From Phyllobates terribilis (taxonomy: Eukaryota), in the NCBI RefSeq assembly GCF_046119375.1, contig NW_027362762.1, positions 441,378,001-441,442,000 of the forward strand: DNA of 64,000 bases, given 5' to 3'. A program made the position numbers and the translations under genes. This document shows positions 62,331 to 64,000 of the stretch, in pieces. Numbering within the stretch: the first letter of the stretch is position 1; each line of letters begins with the position of its first letter. The notes under the pieces were generated by a model, which was given only the letters and a program-made list of their open reading frames with translations, did no database searches and was not told the DNA's origin.

Positions 62331-62594
62331 TTATTCAGATGTGACATCATTAAGGTATCAAGAAATGGATCCGAAAATCTGCATTTAATGTTGCAGCATT
62401 TTTATTTTAATACAGTTGCATTTTATTTTCAGAGCACAGATAAAAGCCATTACTGTGGCGAACCCTAATGCAATACTTGTATCAACCTGCACTAGGTCCA
62501 GTATAAAGAGATTCACAACTGAACAGGCCTTTCCTGAGAGAAACCCCCCGGCAGGAGGGAGCAGCGCTGCTGTTAGCGGCCAGAGCGCCACATT

Positions 62595-64000
62595 CTGCCC
62601 TGTATATTCTGCCCTGTACGGTCTGCCCTGTACATTCTGCCCTGTACGGTCTGCCCTGTACATTCTGCCCTGTACGGTCTGCCCTGTACATTCTGCCCTG
62701 TACATTCTGCCCTGTACGGTCTGCCCTGTACATTCTGCCCTGTACGGTCTGCCCTGTACATTCTGCCCTGTACGGTCTACGCTGTACGGTCTGCCCTGTA
62801 CATTCTGCCCTGTATGGTCTGCCCTGTACATTCTGCCCTGTACGGTCTGCCCTGTACATTCTGCCCTGTACGGTCTGCCCTGTACGGTCTGCCCTGTACG
62901 GTCTGCCCTGTACATTCTGCCCTGTACGGTCTGCCCTGTACATTCTGCCCTGTACGGTCTGCCCTGTACATTCTGCCCTTTACGGTCTGCCCTGTACATT
63001 CTGCCCTGTACATTCTGCCCTGTACGGTCTGCCCTGTACATTCTGCCCTGTACGGTCTGCCCTGTACATTCTGCCCTGTACATTCTGCCCTGTACAGTCT
63101 GCCCTGTACGGTCTGCCCTGTACATTCTGCCCTGTACGGTCTGCCCTGTACATTCTGCCCTGTACGGTCTGCCCTGTACGGTCTGCCCTGTACATTCTGC
63201 CCTGTACGGTCTGCCCTGTACATTCTGCCCTGTACATTCTGCCCTGTACGGTCTGCCCTGTACATTCTGCCCTGTACATTCTGCCCTGTACGGTCTGCCC
63301 TGTACGGTCTGCCCTGTACATTCTGCCCTGTACATTCTGCCCTGTACGGTCTGCCCTGTACGGTCTGCCCTGTACATTCTGCCCTGTACATTCTGCCCTG
63401 TACGGTCTGCCCTGTACATTGTGCCCTGTACATTCTGCCCTGTACGGTCTGCCCTGTACATTCTGCCCTGTACGGTCTGCCCTGTACGGTCTGCCCTGTA
63501 CATTCTGCCCTGTACGGTCTGCCCTGTACGGTCTGCCCTGTACATTCTGCCCTGTACATTCTGCCCTGTACGGTCTGCCCTGTACATTCTGCCCTGTACG
63601 GTCTGCCCTGTACATTCTGCCCTTTACGGTCTGCCCTGTACATTCTGCCCTGTACGGTCTGCCCTGTACATTCTGCCCTGTACGGTCTGCCCTGTACATT
63701 CTGCCCTGTACATTCTGCCCTGTACGGTCTGCCCTGTACGGTCTGCCCTGTACATTCTGCCCTGTACATTCTGCCCTGTACGGTCTGCCCTGTACATTCT
63801 GCCCTGTACGGTCTGCCCTGTACATTCTGCCCTGTACGGTCTGCCCTGTACGGTCTACGCTGTACGGTCTGCCCTGTACATTCTGCCCTGTACGGTCTGC
63901 CCTGTACATTCTGCCCTGTACATTCTGCCCTGTACGGTCTGCCCTGTACATTCTGCCCTGTACGGTCTGCCCTGTACATTCTGCCCTGTACGGTCTGCCC
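62595..64000. repeat. 14-bp two-variant minisatellite, about 100 units, open at the window end
   Basis: Units CTGCCCTGTACATT (A) and CTGCCCTGTACGGT (B); the 14-bp register holds at 62777, 62973, 63617 and 63855. Confidence 0.99.

Noticed and set aside
60100-62590. Start of TMEM120A (downstream neighbour of STYXL1 in human)
   Set aside because: No recognisable exon; the region is explained by MITEs and unassigned sequence.
62385-63979. Two 400-aa and one 323-aa ORFs (MYRADRTGQNVQGR...)
   Set aside because: They are translations of a stop-free 14-bp minisatellite, open in all three minus frames; no coding evidence.

Overview
Vertebrate draft genomic DNA with one 139-N gap at 255-393. It is probably a frog, inferred from the Kolobok/T2, Harbinger, V-SINE, CR1 and Tc1 repeat landscape. 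Two complete genes lie head-to-head on a shared CpG-rich promoter near 24 kb. mdh2 (mitochondrial malate dehydrogenase) is on the minus strand: 9 coding exons, 23934->9408, 338 aa. styxl1 (MK-STYX pseudophosphatase) is on the plus strand: 8 coding exons, 40300->59485, 293 aa, plus an inferred non-coding exon 1 at about 24.3-24.4 kb. All coding splice junctions were read manually as GT-AG and join in frame. Most of the rest is transposon-derived and often nested. This includes a near-full-length CR1 LINE in mdh2 intron 2 whose 5' end is six 127-bp monomers, each with an octamer motif and a splice donor; a Tf1/sushi-type chromovirus with a self-priming signature inserted in a 30-bp minisatellite; two more CR1s; a non-autonomous Helitron; four Tc1-superfamily elements (DD34E x2, DD38E, DD37E); V-SINEs; a Penelope-type hammerhead remnant; many MITEs; and a terminal binary 14-bp minisatellite. 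Family names come from recalled motifs, not database searches.
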